A stretch of 7,772 bases of DNA, taken from Vitrella brassicaformis CCMP3155. Its lineage: Eukaryota; Protista; Chromerida. Shown here one piece after another: positions 6,872-7,772 of the stretch (positions are counted from its first letter, which is position 1; every line of letters starts with the position of its first letter). Under the pieces are notes generated by a model. The model was not told the DNA's origin and searched no databases. It was given only the letters and a program-made list of their open reading frames with translations. The DNA lies in contig CDMY01000968.1 of the NCBI GenBank assembly GCA_001179505.1, forward strand, positions 1-7,772, written 5' to 3'. The position numbers and the translations under genes were made by a program.

Positions 6872-7772
6872 TCACTTCACACATCCATTCTCCACTAAGA
6901 CCCGCTCGCTGAATAGACACTCGGGAGCTGGAACAGCGAGCACCTCAAACAGCTGGGAGGTAAGGCGGGTGATGATGTGACGCGCCTCGAGGAGGCGAAC
7001 GGCCTGCTCGGTCGCCGTGTCCACGTAGCCGGGGAAGTGTTGCTCCAGCACGCCCATGGCGTCACGGGCCGCTGAGGAAGTTGACGAGTTGAGAACACCA
7101 ATGATCTGAGCGCACAAAAACAGGTGGGGTGCAGGCTTGTTAGGCTTCAACTGCGGTGTGCAGTTGGATCGCCAACCTCTGTGGTAGTGGTGAGGTTGGG
7201 GTCCACTCTCAGAGGACATCTGCGGACATGACAGATGATGGCCTCTGCGGCGAAGGCCACTGCAAACGTAAGTTGCAATAACAGAAGGAGTCCGAAAGCG
7301 CACTCCGTGTGTCATGCACCTGCCGCCCGTAGCCGATTGTTGGATGGCACGGCAACTCCGCCAACTGACTTCTTGCAGAACTGAGCACACACATCCACAC
7401 ACACACGGGTGTTGAGGAACACACCCACCCCATTCTCAGCCCGCGGCCCCACCCTCCATCCCACTCTCCCTTCCTCCCTCTGTGCACCCATCATTACCTG
7501 GGGTGCGTAGAGTTTGTCGAGAGTGGGCCGTAGTTCCTCATACGCAGTGCGGCCTTGTGTGCTGAGCATGCTCTGGGCCACCTGCAAGCGACTGACGAGG
7601 ACGCGCTGCCAGGAGATGAAGCGGATCAGTTTGTCCAGGGCCTGAATCGCAGTTGGCGTGGTTGTGTTGGCTGAGGCCTCAAGGATCTGTATGGCGCCGT
7701 CCAGGTCCATCGAAGGAGAGGGGACCTGAGGCTGCTGGAGGGATCTGCAGGAAGTGGCGATGGCCTTGTTGT
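6872..7772 (-). CDS. Spliced host gene of unknown function, 3' part. Putative exons 7772-7498, 7380-7320, 7259-7177 and 7105-6872
   Basis: GT-AG introns of 117, 60 and 71 nt (CAG|GTAATG...CTCAG, G|GTGCAT...TTTGCAG, GAG|GTTGGC...CTAAC...CTCAG) join into one frame: ...LDKLYAPQ|FCKKSVGG...LRAAV...TTTTE|IIGVLNSS...VENGCVK*. The last exon end is less certain. Confidence 0.68.

Noticed and set aside
7272-7283. gttgcaataaca as the 3' LTR terminus complementary to TGTTGCA
   Set aside because: It lies inside the host gene model (intron 2), behind a coding exon; likely chance. ctcaca near 6790-6795 is equally unsupported.

Overview
Most of the window (1 to at least 6318, + strand) is a Ty3/Gypsy LTR retrotransposon of chromovirus type. 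It shows the 3' end of gag, then pol in the order protease, dUTPase-like domain, RT, RNase H, integrase (HHCC, D-D35-E, GPY/F-like module), chromodomain and an extra ~98-aa C-terminal extension, followed by a polypurine tract and the probable start of the 3' LTR (TGTTG at 6073). Three runs of exactly 300 N interrupt it (2378-2677, 4519-4818, 6319-6618). They behave as placeholders, because neither gap inside pol is compatible with frame continuity at 300 nt. All readable pol segments are stop-free. The right end holds the 3' part of a spliced eukaryotic host gene of unknown function on the - strand (four putative exons, short GT-AG introns), tail-to-tail with the element. The most unusual features are a second putative Royal-family barrel after a chromodomain with a His-substituted cage, a catalytically degenerate dUTPase fold between PR and RT, and a three-frame gag/pol junction in which gag ends in CCC-TGA next to a +1-frame zinc-knuckle-like motif. 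Domain calls come from motif recognition by eye; no searches were run.
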